Below, in pieces: positions 48,077-57,265 of a DNA stretch of 64,000 nucleotides (position 1 is the stretch's first letter; every line of letters starts with the position of its first letter). Location of the stretch: contig JBFWNU010000001.1 of assembly GCA_050250895.1 (NCBI GenBank), positions 64,001 through 128,000 on the forward strand. The letters run 5' to 3'. Below the pieces are notes generated by a model, which had not been told where the DNA came from, made no database searches, and saw only the letters and a list, made by a program, of their open reading frames with translations. The position numbers were made by a program, and so were the translations under genes. Source of the stretch: Vulcanimicrobiota bacterium (GTDB lineage: Bacteria; Vulcanimicrobiota; Xenobia; Xenobiales; JADMJV01).

Positions 48077-48640
48077 ATGAAATCTCATGCAGAGCAAATG
48101 CAACGCCGACAAGAGTCGGTGGCCACTCTCAAAGATTGCTTCGAGCGAGCCAGTATCGCCATTCTGGCGGACTATCGCGGTGACGGGTCCGGTCTGACCG
48201 TTAAGGAAATTACCGAACTTCGTGGCAAGCTCAGGGAGAACGGCGGCGAGTTTCGCGTCGTCAAGAACACCCTGGCCAAGCGCGCCGCCGCCGAAGCGGG
48301 AGTCAAGGGGCTCGACGATCACTTCAAAGGTCCTATGGCCATCGCTTTCGGCTATCAAGACCCGGCCGCCGTGGCCAAGGCCATTTTGGACTTCGCCAAG
48401 GACAAGAAGGATCGTTCACTTCCTGAGGTCCGCAGCGGCTACATGGAAGGTGAGGTTCTCAGCGACGAAAAGCTGAAGGCCATCGCCGACCTGCCGAGCC
48501 TGCCGCAAATCCAGCAGCAGCTCCTCGGCCTGATGCTCGCCCCGCATCGCAACATCATGGGCGTGATGAACGCACCCGGACGCCAGATGGCAACCGTCAT
48601 CGACGCCTGGAAGAAGAAACAAGAGGAGGGCGGGGCCTAG
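48077..48640 (+). CDS. rplJ: 50S ribosomal protein L10
   Basis: DYRG..LTVKEITELR, VVKNTL and IADLPS motifs; GGAGG RBS. Confidence 0.96.
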   Translation: MKSHAEQMQRRQESVATLKDCFERASIAILADYRGDGSGLTVKEITELRGKLRENGGEFRVVKNTLAKRAAAEAGVKGLDDHFKGPMAIAFGYQDPAAVAKAILDFAKDKKDRSLPEVRSGYMEGEVLSDEKLKAIADLPSLPQIQQQLLGLMLAPHRNIMGVMNAPGRQMATVIDAWKKKQEEGGA

Positions 48641-48674
48641 CTCCCCGACCGCAAGAAATTAGGAGGAAATACCA

Positions 48675-49058
48675 ATGGCTAAAGTAGACAAAGCTGACCT
48701 CGTTGAGGCTATCTGCAACCTGACCCTGCTCGAGGCTGCCGATATCGTGAAAGAACTCGAAGAAAAGCTCGGCGTATCGGCCGCGGCTCCCATGGCGATG
48801 GCGATGCCCGTCGGCGGCGGCGGCGCTGCCGCTGTTGAAGAAGAAAAAACCGAATTCAACGTCGAACTCACCTCGGCCGGCGCCAGCAAGATCCCCGTGA
48901 TCAAAGTCGTTCGCGCCGTCACCAACCTTGGCCTCAAAGAAGCCAAGGAGCTCGTCGAGAGCGCACCCACCAACGTCAAAGAAGCCGTGCCGAAGGAAGA
49001 GGCCGAGAAGATCAAGGCCCAGTTCGAAGAGGTCGGCGCCACCATTACTATCAAGTAA
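48675..49058 (+). CDS. rplL: 50S ribosomal protein L7/L12
   Basis: [19 protein letters not shown] and [11 protein letters not shown] motifs. Confidence 0.98.
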   Translation: MAKVDKADLVEAICNLTLLEAADIVKELEEKLGVSAAAPMAMAMPVGGGGAAAVEEEKTEFNVELTSAGASKIPVIKVVRAVTNLGLKEAKELVESAPTNVKEAVPKEEAEKIKAQFEEVGATITIK

Positions 49059-49072
49059 CTCTCTCTTTCTCG

Positions 49073-49104
49073 AAAAGACCCCGGTTTTGCCGGGGTCTTT
49101 TTTT
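49073..49104 (+). terminator. Intrinsic terminator after rplL
   Basis: AAAAGACCCCGG-TTTTG-CCGGGGTCTTTTTTT. Confidence 0.9.
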
Positions 49105-49176
49105 GTTCCAGCTCAGGATTCTTTGCTCGCAAGCAGGCCGCTTCGAGGGCTGGTTAGAATTGCCGGTGTTAGGTCC

Positions 49177-49638
49177 ATGGACTCCATCGAAACCACTCCC
49201 AACCCCCGCGTGCGCGCCGCCGTGGCGATTTGCCACGACGAGTCGATCTTACTCGTCTGTCACGAGAAAGCGGGTCGTCGCTACTGGCTCTTACCCGGGG
49301 GCGGCATCGACTTCGGCGAGCCGGCTCATCAGGCCGCCCGGCGCGAAGTGCTGGAGGAGACCGGGCTGGAAATCGAGATGGGACAGCTGTTGTTGGTCAA
49401 CGAGACCCTGGCTCCCGACGGCTCGAGGCACCTGCTGCACCTGACCTTTGCCGGAACCTTGACCGGCGGACACTTGCGACCCTCGCTCGACCCCCGCGTC
49501 TGCGGAGCTCGCTGGGTGCCCCTCGACGAACTGGCCGGCGTAACCCTCCATCCTCCCCTGGCTCCGCAATTGCTGGAAGCCCTCGACGGCGGCTACGGCC
49601 ACCGCGACCGCTTCCTCGGTAACCTCTGGGTCGACTGA
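49177..49638 (+). CDS. NUDIX hydrolase
   Basis: Nudix box PGGGIDFGEPAHQAARREVLEETG; ATG 49177. Confidence 0.92.
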   Translation: MDSIETTPNPRVRAAVAICHDESILLVCHEKAGRRYWLLPGGGIDFGEPAHQAARREVLEETGLEIEMGQLLLVNETLAPDGSRHLLHLTFAGTLTGGHLRPSLDPRVCGARWVPLDELAGVTLHPPLAPQLLEALDGGYGHRDRFLGNLWVD

Positions 49639-49744
49639 GGGAGCCGCTGCCCGGAGAAGGGAGCCGCTGCGCGGAGAAGGGAGCCGCTGCGCGGAGGAGG
49701 GAGCCGCTGCCCGGAGAGCGGAGCCGCTGCGCGGAGAAGGGAGC
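49639..49744. repeat. 20-nt tandem repeat x5 (GGGAGCCGCTGCSCGGAGAA)
   Basis: Copies at 49639, 49659, 49679, 49699 and 49719. Confidence 0.9.
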
Positions 49745-50019
49745 GAAACTCGCTGTCGCTCGTTTCGAGGTTCTGGTTAGGCGGCCTGCGGCCGCAATCC
49801 TTCGGGCGCGTAGCCGCGCCGAATTCGGAATTCGGTAGTGGGGGCTGCCCGAATCTAGCTCGCTGGTTAGCAGCCGGTCTTCCGCGCGGAAGTGGCCCCC
49901 GCCGCGACTTCCTCGGCGAGAATGGCCCGCCCGCGGGATGCCGAGCGGCTCGTACTTCCATACTTCCAGCTGGAAGACATGCCAGTTGCCAGTTCTCGGC
50001 CGGCGCGAGGCCAGCACGG

Positions 50020-50627
50020 CTAGCCCAAGCTGCAAGGTCCGCGACTCGGCCGGACTTCCGTGCGGAAGTGGCCCGGCGGAGGCCAGTCCACGGCTTGCCG
50101 TGCCAGAGTTACGACGCGTAGCGTCGAGTAACTCAAAGTCTCACTGGCGAGCGCAAGCGAAGCCAGTGCTCCCATCTCCGGGCGCAGCCCGGCTCCCTTC
50201 TCGACGACGAAGTCGTCGCCCCGCTAGGCCAAGCTGCAAGGTCCGCGACTCGGCCGGACTTCCGTGCGGAAGTGGCCCGGCGGAGGCCAGTCCACGGCTT
50301 GCCGTGCCAGAGTTACGACGCGTAGCGTCGAGTAACTCAAAGTCTCACTGGCGAGCGCAAGCGAAGCCAGTGCTCCCATCTCCGGGCGCAGCCCGGCTCC
50401 CTTCTCGACGACGAAGTCGTCGCCCCGCTAGGCCAAGCTGCAAGGTCCGCGACTCGGCCGGACTTCCGTGCGGAAGTGGCCCGGCGGAGGCCAGTCCACG
50501 GCTTGCCGTGCCAGAGTTACGACGCGTAGCGTCGAGTAACTCAAAGTCTCACTGGCGAGCGCAAGCGAAGCCAGTGCTCCCATCTCCGGGCGCAGCCCGG
50601 CTCCCTTCTCGACGACGAAGTCGTCGC
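50020..50627. repeat. 204-nt near-perfect tandem repeat x3 with internal hairpins
   Basis: Copies start at 50020, 50224 and 50428. Internal inverted repeats: ACTTCCG-TG-CGGAAGT, GAGTTAC..GACGC-GTA-GCGTC..GTAACTC and CGACGAC-GAA-GTCGTCG. Confidence 0.94.
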
Positions 50628-50818
50628 TCCTTTCTCACGAGCAAAGCGAGTTGCTCCTCTCTCACGAGCAAAGCGAGACGCTCCTCGCGAGCAACGCGAG
50701 CGCCCCTTGCCAGTTTGTGAACTTCGTTCCACAGCTCTGTGGGTAACCCGGTGGACAAACAGGCAAAAGCCCGAAGGCACGCCGCATGAAAGCAAAAAAC
50801 CTCCATAAAATCAGGGTC

Positions 50819-50847
50819 TTGACATCATAGCCGAGGTGCGGTATCTT
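50819..50847 (+). promoter_or_regulatory. sigma70 promoter upstream of the long non-coding unit
   Basis: TTGACA (50819-24), 17 nt, TATCTT (50842-47), with A-tracts upstream (UP-element-like). Confidence 0.8.
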
Positions 50848-50853
50848 GCATTC

Positions 50854-52007
50854 ACTCCAGTCACGGAGTCGCCCCGCCAAGCGAGAGAGGCGGAGGGGTC
50901 TGGCACCCCCGACGGGTATCGGTCGAAGGGTCAGAGGTTAGACGCAAACCTTCGTGGTCACCGTCCTAGACGGAGCACCATCAAGCGTCTCCAGCGTCTC
51001 GACTGGAAAAATCGAGACAGGGCTCGACAGCCAGGTCTGGAACCCGCGAGGGGAAAGGGCGCCCGGGGCAACTCGGGAGATCCGCCAGATGAAGGTGAGC
51101 GAGGAGTTCGGTTGGTGACCGAACAGCGGAACACTCAAACGCCGCGCCACTCCACGGTGGCCAAAGAGAGTGGGGAGCACCTTCCCTGAGGTGTCCGGCC
51201 CACGCGGGATGTGGGAAGTGCCCTGACAAGCACAGAGCGGAGCTGCGACGGTTCTCTCGAGAACTCAAGCCGTGACGGTCGGCAGACCGTTGAAAAAGAG
51301 CGCAGGGGTGCATCTCTCCAGAAAGATGCTGAAGTCATCCATCAAATGGGGTGACAGGGCCCGCAGCCCAGGTTGGAACCGCGAGGATCAAGACTACTGC
51401 GAGGAACACTCGGAGTAGAGCCGACCCAGGGTAGAAGCGGGGTGCTCGAGAGCAGGACGGTGCTCGAGCAGCGGAGCGAAGGCTGCCGCACGAGGGTGAG
51501 AATCCTCGTCAAAGACTTCGGGGTTGCGAACAGACCTCAGACTCGCCCAGAGCCGCACTGGTAGAAAACGGGAGACGAGGCATCGTCTGAAACCCACGGC
51601 GGTGGAGCCGATGGGGGGTAACTCGGACCAGACGCAAAGGCGTCAAACGCGGGGGCGGAACTGCTAGGAACCGCGACGCGAGAGCGTGAAAAATGGAGCA
51701 GGGGTAGCATGCAGACCAGAGATATGCGCAGCGCTTCGTCTGAAGGCATTCGAAGCGAGGCCCGGCGCCTTAAACGGACCCGCGAGGGATAAAATCTTGG
51801 AGACAAGATGCCGGCTTAGGCGGACTCCCGGGAGCCTGGTGCAGGTGGGAAGGCGGCCAGGCAACGGTAGCATCCGATCTACCGTGACGTGCCAGCGTCC
51901 AAGGCGGATGATAGAGTATCGCCTCGATAAAAGCGAAATGCGTCTGTCGGACTGGTGAAGATGGCAGACCACAAAGACGCGTGCCGAGGAACGCGTCTTT
52001 TTTTTTT
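50854..52007 (+). ncRNA. Candidate giant (~1150 nt) structured non-coding RNA of unassigned class
   Basis: Bounded by promoter and terminator, no credible ORF, purine-rich strand, more than 20 local hairpins including several GNRA tetraloops. Confidence 0.72.
51973..52007 (+). terminator. Strong intrinsic terminator
   Basis: AAAGACGCGT-N8-ACGCGTC followed by T10. Confidence 0.9.
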
Positions 52008-52027
52008 GCCCGGCGACCGAAGTGAAC

Positions 52028-52210
52028 TTACTGCCTTTCGCGACTCTCTTCAAGAGCCTGGCGGCTGTAACACGCCATCGCCTCGTCGAGGGTGGCGTGC
52101 CTTTCACACCACCAAACCTCCCGCGGATGCTGATGGGAGAACGTGCCCCCACAATCCTCGTAGATGAATTTGCCGTTGGGTAACTCCTTGACCGGGATCG
52201 ACTGGTGCAT
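52028..52210 (-). CDS. Small Cys/His-containing hypothetical protein
   Basis: 60-aa ORF with an AAAGGCGGAG RBS-like sequence and natural composition. Confidence 0.55.
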   Translation of the reverse strand: MHQSIPVKELPNGKFIYEDCGGTFSHQHPREVWWCERHATLDEAMACYSRQALEESRERQ

Positions 52211-52411
52211 TGGCTCCGCCTTTCACCGAGAACGCGTCCCTGACCGGTGAGACCTGACCGCGTCCTCATCACTCCCTACCGCCCTTTGCGCTGGGAACGA
52301 CTAACTCTTAACATTCGACGACGGCCCGAATCGGCCTTCGCTCGGGGAAGCTATTTGATCGAAGCGGGGCCGCTCGGGTTTGAGACCCGAGGCCTGGCTG
52401 TATAAGAAACT

Positions 52412-52786
52412 ATGGTTGAAGCGTTCGGCCCTCAAGGCATAGGTTATCCCAACGAAGAGGTGGAAATCACCCGCTTGATCCGGGACCGACTTGGACGCGA
52501 AAAGTGTCTCGAGCCCAGTGAGCGCGAGACCGTCGCCTACCGTATCGCCGAGATCATGGTCGCCGCCAAGCGGATGTACTCGACCTCGCTTCCCCGTTTA
52601 ACCAACGCCAACGGAGAATCCAGCGCCACCATGGAAGAGGACCTCAGCGGCATGTCGATGACCTTCTTGCACCTGTGTGACCTCCTACAAGACTTTCGAA
52701 GCGCCTTTGCCCTCGCCCACGACCAGGAACCGGCCCCAGCCTACGATTCTGATGGCGAAGATGAAGACGAGTCTTGGGAGCCTTAA
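52412..52786 (+). CDS. Hypothetical protein with an acidic C-terminus
   Basis: 124-aa ORF with typical codon usage upstream of thioredoxin. Confidence 0.7.
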   Translation: MVEAFGPQGIGYPNEEVEITRLIRDRLGREKCLEPSERETVAYRIAEIMVAAKRMYSTSLPRLTNANGESSATMEEDLSGMSMTFLHLCDLLQDFRSAFALAHDQEPAPAYDSDGEDEDESWEP

Positions 52787-52837
52787 AGCGGTCGATTGTT
52801 CGAAAGGTGGTCGACCGAGCGAAGCGAACGGCCCGGT

Positions 52838-53152
52838 ATGAAGCAAGTAACAAAAGATGACTTCGAAGCTGAGGTCATCCACTCCAACACCACGGTATTC
52901 GTGGAATTCGGAGCCGACTGGTGCGCTCCTTGCAAGCGCCTGGAGCCCCTGCTCGACAAGCTGGCCACCGACAACGCCGGCCGCCTGAAGGTGGTCAAGG
53001 TCAACGCCGAAGACGACCAGCCCCTGGCCGTGAAATACCAGGTCCGGGGTCTTCCCACCATCGTAGTCTTCAAGAACGGCGAACCGGTCGACCGCAAGAA
53101 CGGCTTCCAGTCCGAGGCCAACCTCAAGAAGCTTCTCGACGACCACGCCTAA
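52838..53152 (+). CDS. trxA: Thioredoxin
   Basis: EFGADWCAPCK and VRGLPT motifs; ATG 52838. Confidence 0.93.
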   Translation: MKQVTKDDFEAEVIHSNTTVFVEFGADWCAPCKRLEPLLDKLATDNAGRLKVVKVNAEDDQPLAVKYQVRGLPTIVVFKNGEPVDRKNGFQSEANLKKLLDDHA

Positions 53153-53192
53153 CTAGAGAACGTCACCCGGGTGGCCTTCTCGGGGAGAATTG

Positions 53193-54242
53193 CTAGTCTT
53201 CGCAGACGGCCCGATTCTTGCCGGAGCGCTTGGCCTGATAGAGGGCTCGGTCGGCTCGCTCGAGGAGGCTGGCCATGGTGTCCTCTTCACGGCTGAGGGC
53301 GACCCCCATGCTAACCGTGACTTGTAGCCGAGTAACCCGACCGGCCACGGTGAGCAAGAGGTCGATGCTGGCGATCGAGCGGACCACCTGTTTGGCCCGG
53401 CGAAAAGCCTGGCTCAGGTTGACGTTTTCGAGAATGATGACGAACTCTTCGCCGCCGTAGCGAGCGATGAGATCGCTGGTCCGAGTCATTTTGTAGCTCT
53501 GCTTCACCAGCGCCTTCAAGACGCTGTCGCCGGCCGGATGCCCATAGGTGTCGTTGATCTGTTTGAAGTTGTCGATATCCCAGATCAAGATGGCAAACGG
53601 CGATCCGCCCAACACGTGGCGCTCGAGTCGCTCGCGCACCCGAGTTTCGAGAGCCTGCCGGTTGGCGCACCCGGTCAGAGGGTCGGTCAAGCTGGCGTCC
53701 ACGGCCCGTGAGAGATCGCAGTTGAGGCGCCGGATCTCCTGGTTCATTTCCCGCAGCATCTTCTCTTCGCGCTGTTGCCGCTCTTCTAGTTCCTGGCGGA
53801 TCACGGTGGCCTGTTGGCTAAGAATTTCGCGCATCTTGCGCAGGTCATCGAGGCGGGCGGCTTCATCGAGATAATGGACGCTGCGCTCCATTCGGTGATG
53901 GAAGTCTTTGTTCTCGCCGGTCAGACCGCTCAGGTTCTCGGCCATCACGCTGACGATGCTGCGGAACTCCTCTTCCCGCTCGCGGATGTAGGTCTTTTCG
54001 CGTTTGCTCTGGTCGAGGGCCGCATTGCGGCAAGTCTCGAGGGCTTGCCCCCACTGGCGGGGTTGGTCGAGGGCCAATGTGCTCAGGAGTTCGTCGATGG
54101 AGGCCAGGAAGGAATGGTTGTCCACCTCCTCGAGATCGAGGCTGAATCTCTTGAGACAATAGAGGGCCACCCGAAGGGAGTCCAGATAGAACTTGCGGTC
54201 GCACGGTTCCGCAACTGTTAAGGTTCGCCTCAGGTTGAGCAT
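53193..54242 (-). CDS. Diguanylate cyclase (coiled coil + GGDEF)
   Basis: TDPLTG, DIDNFKQINDTYGH, RxxD I-site (RTSD) and RYGGEEF. Confidence 0.95.
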   Translation of the reverse strand: MLNLRRTLTVAEPCDRKFYLDSLRVALYCLKRFSLDLEEVDNHSFLASIDELLSTLALDQPRQWGQALETCRNAALDQSKREKTYIREREEEFRSIVSVMAENLSGLTGENKDFHHRMERSVHYLDEAARLDDLRKMREILSQQATVIRQELEERQQREEKMLREMNQEIRRLNCDLSRAVDASLTDPLTGCANRQALETRVRERLERHVLGGSPFAILIWDIDNFKQINDTYGHPAGDSVLKALVKQSYKMTRTSDLIARYGGEEFVIILENVNLSQAFRRAKQVVRSIASIDLLLTVAGRVTRLQVTVSMGVALSREEDTMASLLERADRALYQAKRSGKNRAVCED

Positions 54243-54253
54243 CGTCTATCCTT

Positions 54254-57200
54254 TCATGCACTCAGCCGGGCCCCGCGCAGAGCGCGCGAGACAACATCGG
54301 CAATCTGGTTGAACTCGTAGGGCTTGTTAATGACGCCCAGCAAGCCTTCGTCAAGAATCTCCTGGACCGTCTGATTGAGACTATAGCCAGTCGAGAGGAT
54401 GGCCTGGACTTCGGGGTTGACTCGCTTGAGGGCACGGAAGCAATCTCGCCCGTCCAGGTTTGGCATGATCATATCGAGGATCACCAGGTCGATGTCCCGG
54501 TAGTGTTCTTTATAATAGTCCAGTCCCTCGAGTCCGTCGGATTTGGTGACGACCTCATAGCCGAGTCTTCGCAGCATCTTGTTGGCCATGTTACGAATAA
54601 TCTCTTCATCATCGACCACCAGGATGCGGCCGCGACCGGGGACGGGGGCGGCTTTGGGAGTGGGCACCGGCACGCTGCGGACACCCTCGTAGACCGGGAA
54701 GAACAGTTTGAAAGTGGTGCCGTGTCCGACCCGGCTCTCGACTTCGATGTGTCCCTCGTGGTTCTGGACGATGCCGTAGACCATGGCCAGACCTAGACCG
54801 CTGCCATTCTCTTTGGTCGTGAAGAACGGCTCGAAAATGCGCTTGAGATTCTCGCGAGGAATGCCCTGACCTTCGTCGATCACCTCGACCAGCAGGATGG
54901 GCCCCGAGGCCGACGGTTTGGGGTCGGTCATCGAGTCCACATTCGAGGTCCTGAGGCTGAGTCGCCCACCCTGGTCGGCCATGGCGTGACCGGCATTGAT
55001 GGCGAGATTGAGCAGCACCTGACTCATCTGGCTGGCATCGCCTCGCACCCAGGCCTTTTCGGCGTGCAGCAGACCCTCGGCCAGGATTCTCTTGTCCGTG
55101 GTGCGGCTGAGCAGCGTCAGTACCTCGGCGATGGTCTCATGCATCGAGAAGGCTTCGTGCTTGTTCTTGCCGCGACGAGCAAAGCCTAGCAGTTTCTGGG
55201 TCAAGTCGGCGGCCCGTTGGGCGGCCTTGTGGATCACGTCGGCCGCCTGATAGGTTTCCTCCCAATCTTCATGGGAGCATTTCAGCAGACTCGAGTAACC
55301 CAGGATGCCGCTCAAGAGGTTGTTAAAATCGTGGGCTACTCCGCCGGCCAGCGTGCCGATGGCTTCCATCCGTTGAGCCCGATGGAGGCGCTCTTGCATG
55401 GCCACTTCCTGGGTCACGTCCTTCTCCACCCAGACCATTTCTCGGACCCTACCCTCGGGGTCTCGGATGGGAGACACGGTGAGTTCGACCTCGAGCTTGT
55501 CGCCCTCGGGGCCGTGCCGACGGCGTCGACCGGACCAGACCATCTGGCGGTCGATGGCCGCGCGAATCTCGGGATCGTCGGCCAACTGGTGGCGACCCGA
55601 ACCGGCAATAGCCTGAAAGGCCGAGTTCGAGTATTGCACCAGGCCATCCAGGTCGGTAATGGCGATCGCTTCGGCACACTGCTCGATGGCCGCCACCAGG
55701 CGCCCGCGCTCATTCTCGATGGTCTTGTGTTGGGTCAGGTCACGGAGGGTTCCGCGCGAGCCGAGCAGATTGCCCATCTCGTCATAAACGGGCCGACTGA
55801 CGTAGTCCACCCAGCGGGTGGTCCCGTTGCGGTCCACGATACGAAACTCGCACTCGACCTCCTCGGAAGGCACACAGTCATCAGGGTCGGGCACCAGATG
55901 CCGGTCCTGAGGATGAGCGATGCGGAACAGAAAGTTCGTGTCCATCTCGAACTCGAAAGGCTCATAGCCCGAGATCCGCTTGCAGGCCGGCGAGGAGTAG
56001 AGAAAGTGGCCCTGAGGGCTGCGCCAGAACTCCCAGTCGTAGGTGTTCTCGGCGATAATGCGGCACTTGGTCTCGGAGATGCGCACGGCCTCGCGGGCGG
56101 CCATCCGGTCGGTGACGTCCTTGACCACGGCCAGAGTAGCTCGCTCGCCTCTGAACTTCATCGGGCGCTGGTGCACTTCCACCTTGAAGGTGAGGCCATC
56201 CTCGCTCGAACAGGTGGCCTGGTAAGAACAAGAGTCGCCATCGACCCAGGCAGACCCAAAGGAACGAGCCAGGTGTTCGGCAGCCAAAAGGTCCCAGATC
56301 TTGCGGCCCACCAGGGCGCAAGCCGGGGCTCCCAGGCGCATCGAGCAGTTCTCGTTGACGCTGAGCACCTGACCCTGCCGGTCGAACACCAGCACCATGT
56401 CGGGGATTCCCTCATACAGGAACTGGAAGGTCTCTTGAGAGGCCCGTAATTCGTCGTCCTTTTGCTCGAGCAGGTCGTGGATGCGCATGAGAGCTCGGGC
56501 CCGACCGACCTTGTCGGCCAGGTTGACCACATAGTCCGGTTCGACCGGGGCCCGCACGCAGGCATCGGCGCCTTCGCGAATCCAATCCACTTGAGACGAG
56601 GAGGTACCGGGTTCGAGCACGACGATGGAGACGCAGGCCGAGGTCTGGTCCCAGGTGCGATGGAGAATCTGGCGCGTCCAGCCCTGAGCGTGACCCTCGG
56701 CCAGAATGGCCACCTCGGGTCGCAAACTCTCTAGCCGACCCACGGCCTCCTCGACCGAGTCAGCGATGGTGACATTGTACCCACACCGCCGAAAGCTCGA
56801 TGCCAGTCCCGCCAATCCGGTGGTCCGAGAAGGGACCAGCAGGGCCCGCGGCCGGATACGCGGGAGAGCCCCTTTGAGCAGCTCGCGCACGCAATCGAGC
56901 AACTCGGCGGCGGTAAAAGGAGCAGCCAAAAAGGCGTTAGCACCGAGGCCCGCGGCGATGTTCTGAGCGTCCTCGCCACAGAAGATGGCCGACATGGCCA
57001 GCACGGGGACGTCGTTGTAGACTTCGAATTCCGGAGAACGAAGCAGCCGACAAAGCTTCCAGCCGTCGATCTCGGGCATGTGCAGGTCGGTGACGACGAG
57101 CCGAACCGAAATTCCGCGCTCGAGGTTGGCCACCGCCTCCACCCCGCTCGCGCAAGCCTCGACTTCATAGCCCTGATTTTGCAGGATCCGGGCCGTTTTG

Positions 57201-57265
57201 CGCAGCTGGGTCAGATTGTCGTTGACGACCAGAATCAGGCCTTTGTCCTCCCCGAGATCGTTCAC
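54254..57265 (-). CDS. Hybrid sensor histidine kinase (REC-REC-like-PAS x3-HisKA-HATPase-REC)
   Basis: AHDFNNLL H-box, FEPFFTTK, GLGL and terminal receiver domains. GTG 57265 overlaps the Hpt stop. Confidence 0.93.
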   Translation of the reverse strand: MNDLGEDKGLILVVNDNLTQLRKTARILQNQGYEVEACASGVEAVANLERGISVRLVVTDLHMPEIDGWKLCRLLRSPEFEVYNDVPVLAMSAIFCGEDAQNIAAGLGANAFLAAPFTAAELLDCVRELLKGALPRIRPRALLVPSRTTGLAGLASSFRRCGYNVTIADSVEEAVGRLESLRPEVAILAEGHAQGWTRQILHRTWDQTSACVSIVVLEPGTSSSQVDWIREGADACVRAPVEPDYVVNLADKVGRARALMRIHDLLEQKDDELRASQETFQFLYEGIPDMVLVFDRQGQVLSVNENCSMRLGAPACALVGRKIWDLLAAEHLARSFGSAWVDGDSCSYQATCSSEDGLTFKVEVHQRPMKFRGERATLAVVKDVTDRMAAREAVRISETKCRIIAENTYDWEFWRSPQGHFLYSSPACKRISGYEPFEFEMDTNFLFRIAHPQDRHLVPDPDDCVPSEEVECEFRIVDRNGTTRWVDYVSRPVYDEMGNLLGSRGTLRDLTQHKTIENERGRLVAAIEQCAEAIAITDLDGLVQYSNSAFQAIAGSGRHQLADDPEIRAAIDRQMVWSGRRRRHGPEGDKLEVELTVSPIRDPEGRVREMVWVEKDVTQEVAMQERLHRAQRMEAIGTLAGGVAHDFNNLLSGILGYSSLLKCSHEDWEETYQAADVIHKAAQRAADLTQKLLGFARRGKNKHEAFSMHETIAEVLTLLSRTTDKRILAEGLLHAEKAWVRGDASQMSQVLLNLAINAGHAMADQGGRLSLRTSNVDSMTDPKPSASGPILLVEVIDEGQGIPRENLKRIFEPFFTTKENGSGLGLAMVYGIVQNHEGHIEVESRVGHGTTFKLFFPVYEGVRSVPVPTPKAAPVPGRGRILVVDDEEIIRNMANKMLRRLGYEVVTKSDGLEGLDYYKEHYRDIDLVILDMIMPNLDGRDCFRALKRVNPEVQAILSTGYSLNQTVQEILDEGLLGVINKPYEFNQIADVVSRALRGARLSA

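Noticed and set aside
50835-52007. Group II intron (GTGCG at 50835; GAGCCGATG near 51605)
   Set aside because: The 3' strand of domain V is missing, there is no interrupted host gene or RT ORF, and the unit has its own promoter and terminator.
50854-52007. RNase P RNA, tmRNA or rRNA
   Set aside because: No GAGGAAAGUCC, no tRNA-like ends, no rRNA universal motifs, and the wrong size.
49397-52272. Short ORFs across the repeat/ncRNA region (e.g. 49938-50720, 50836-51189, 51664-52272)
   Set aside because: Arg/Ser/Pro-rich, no recognisable motifs, and mutually overlapping on both strands.
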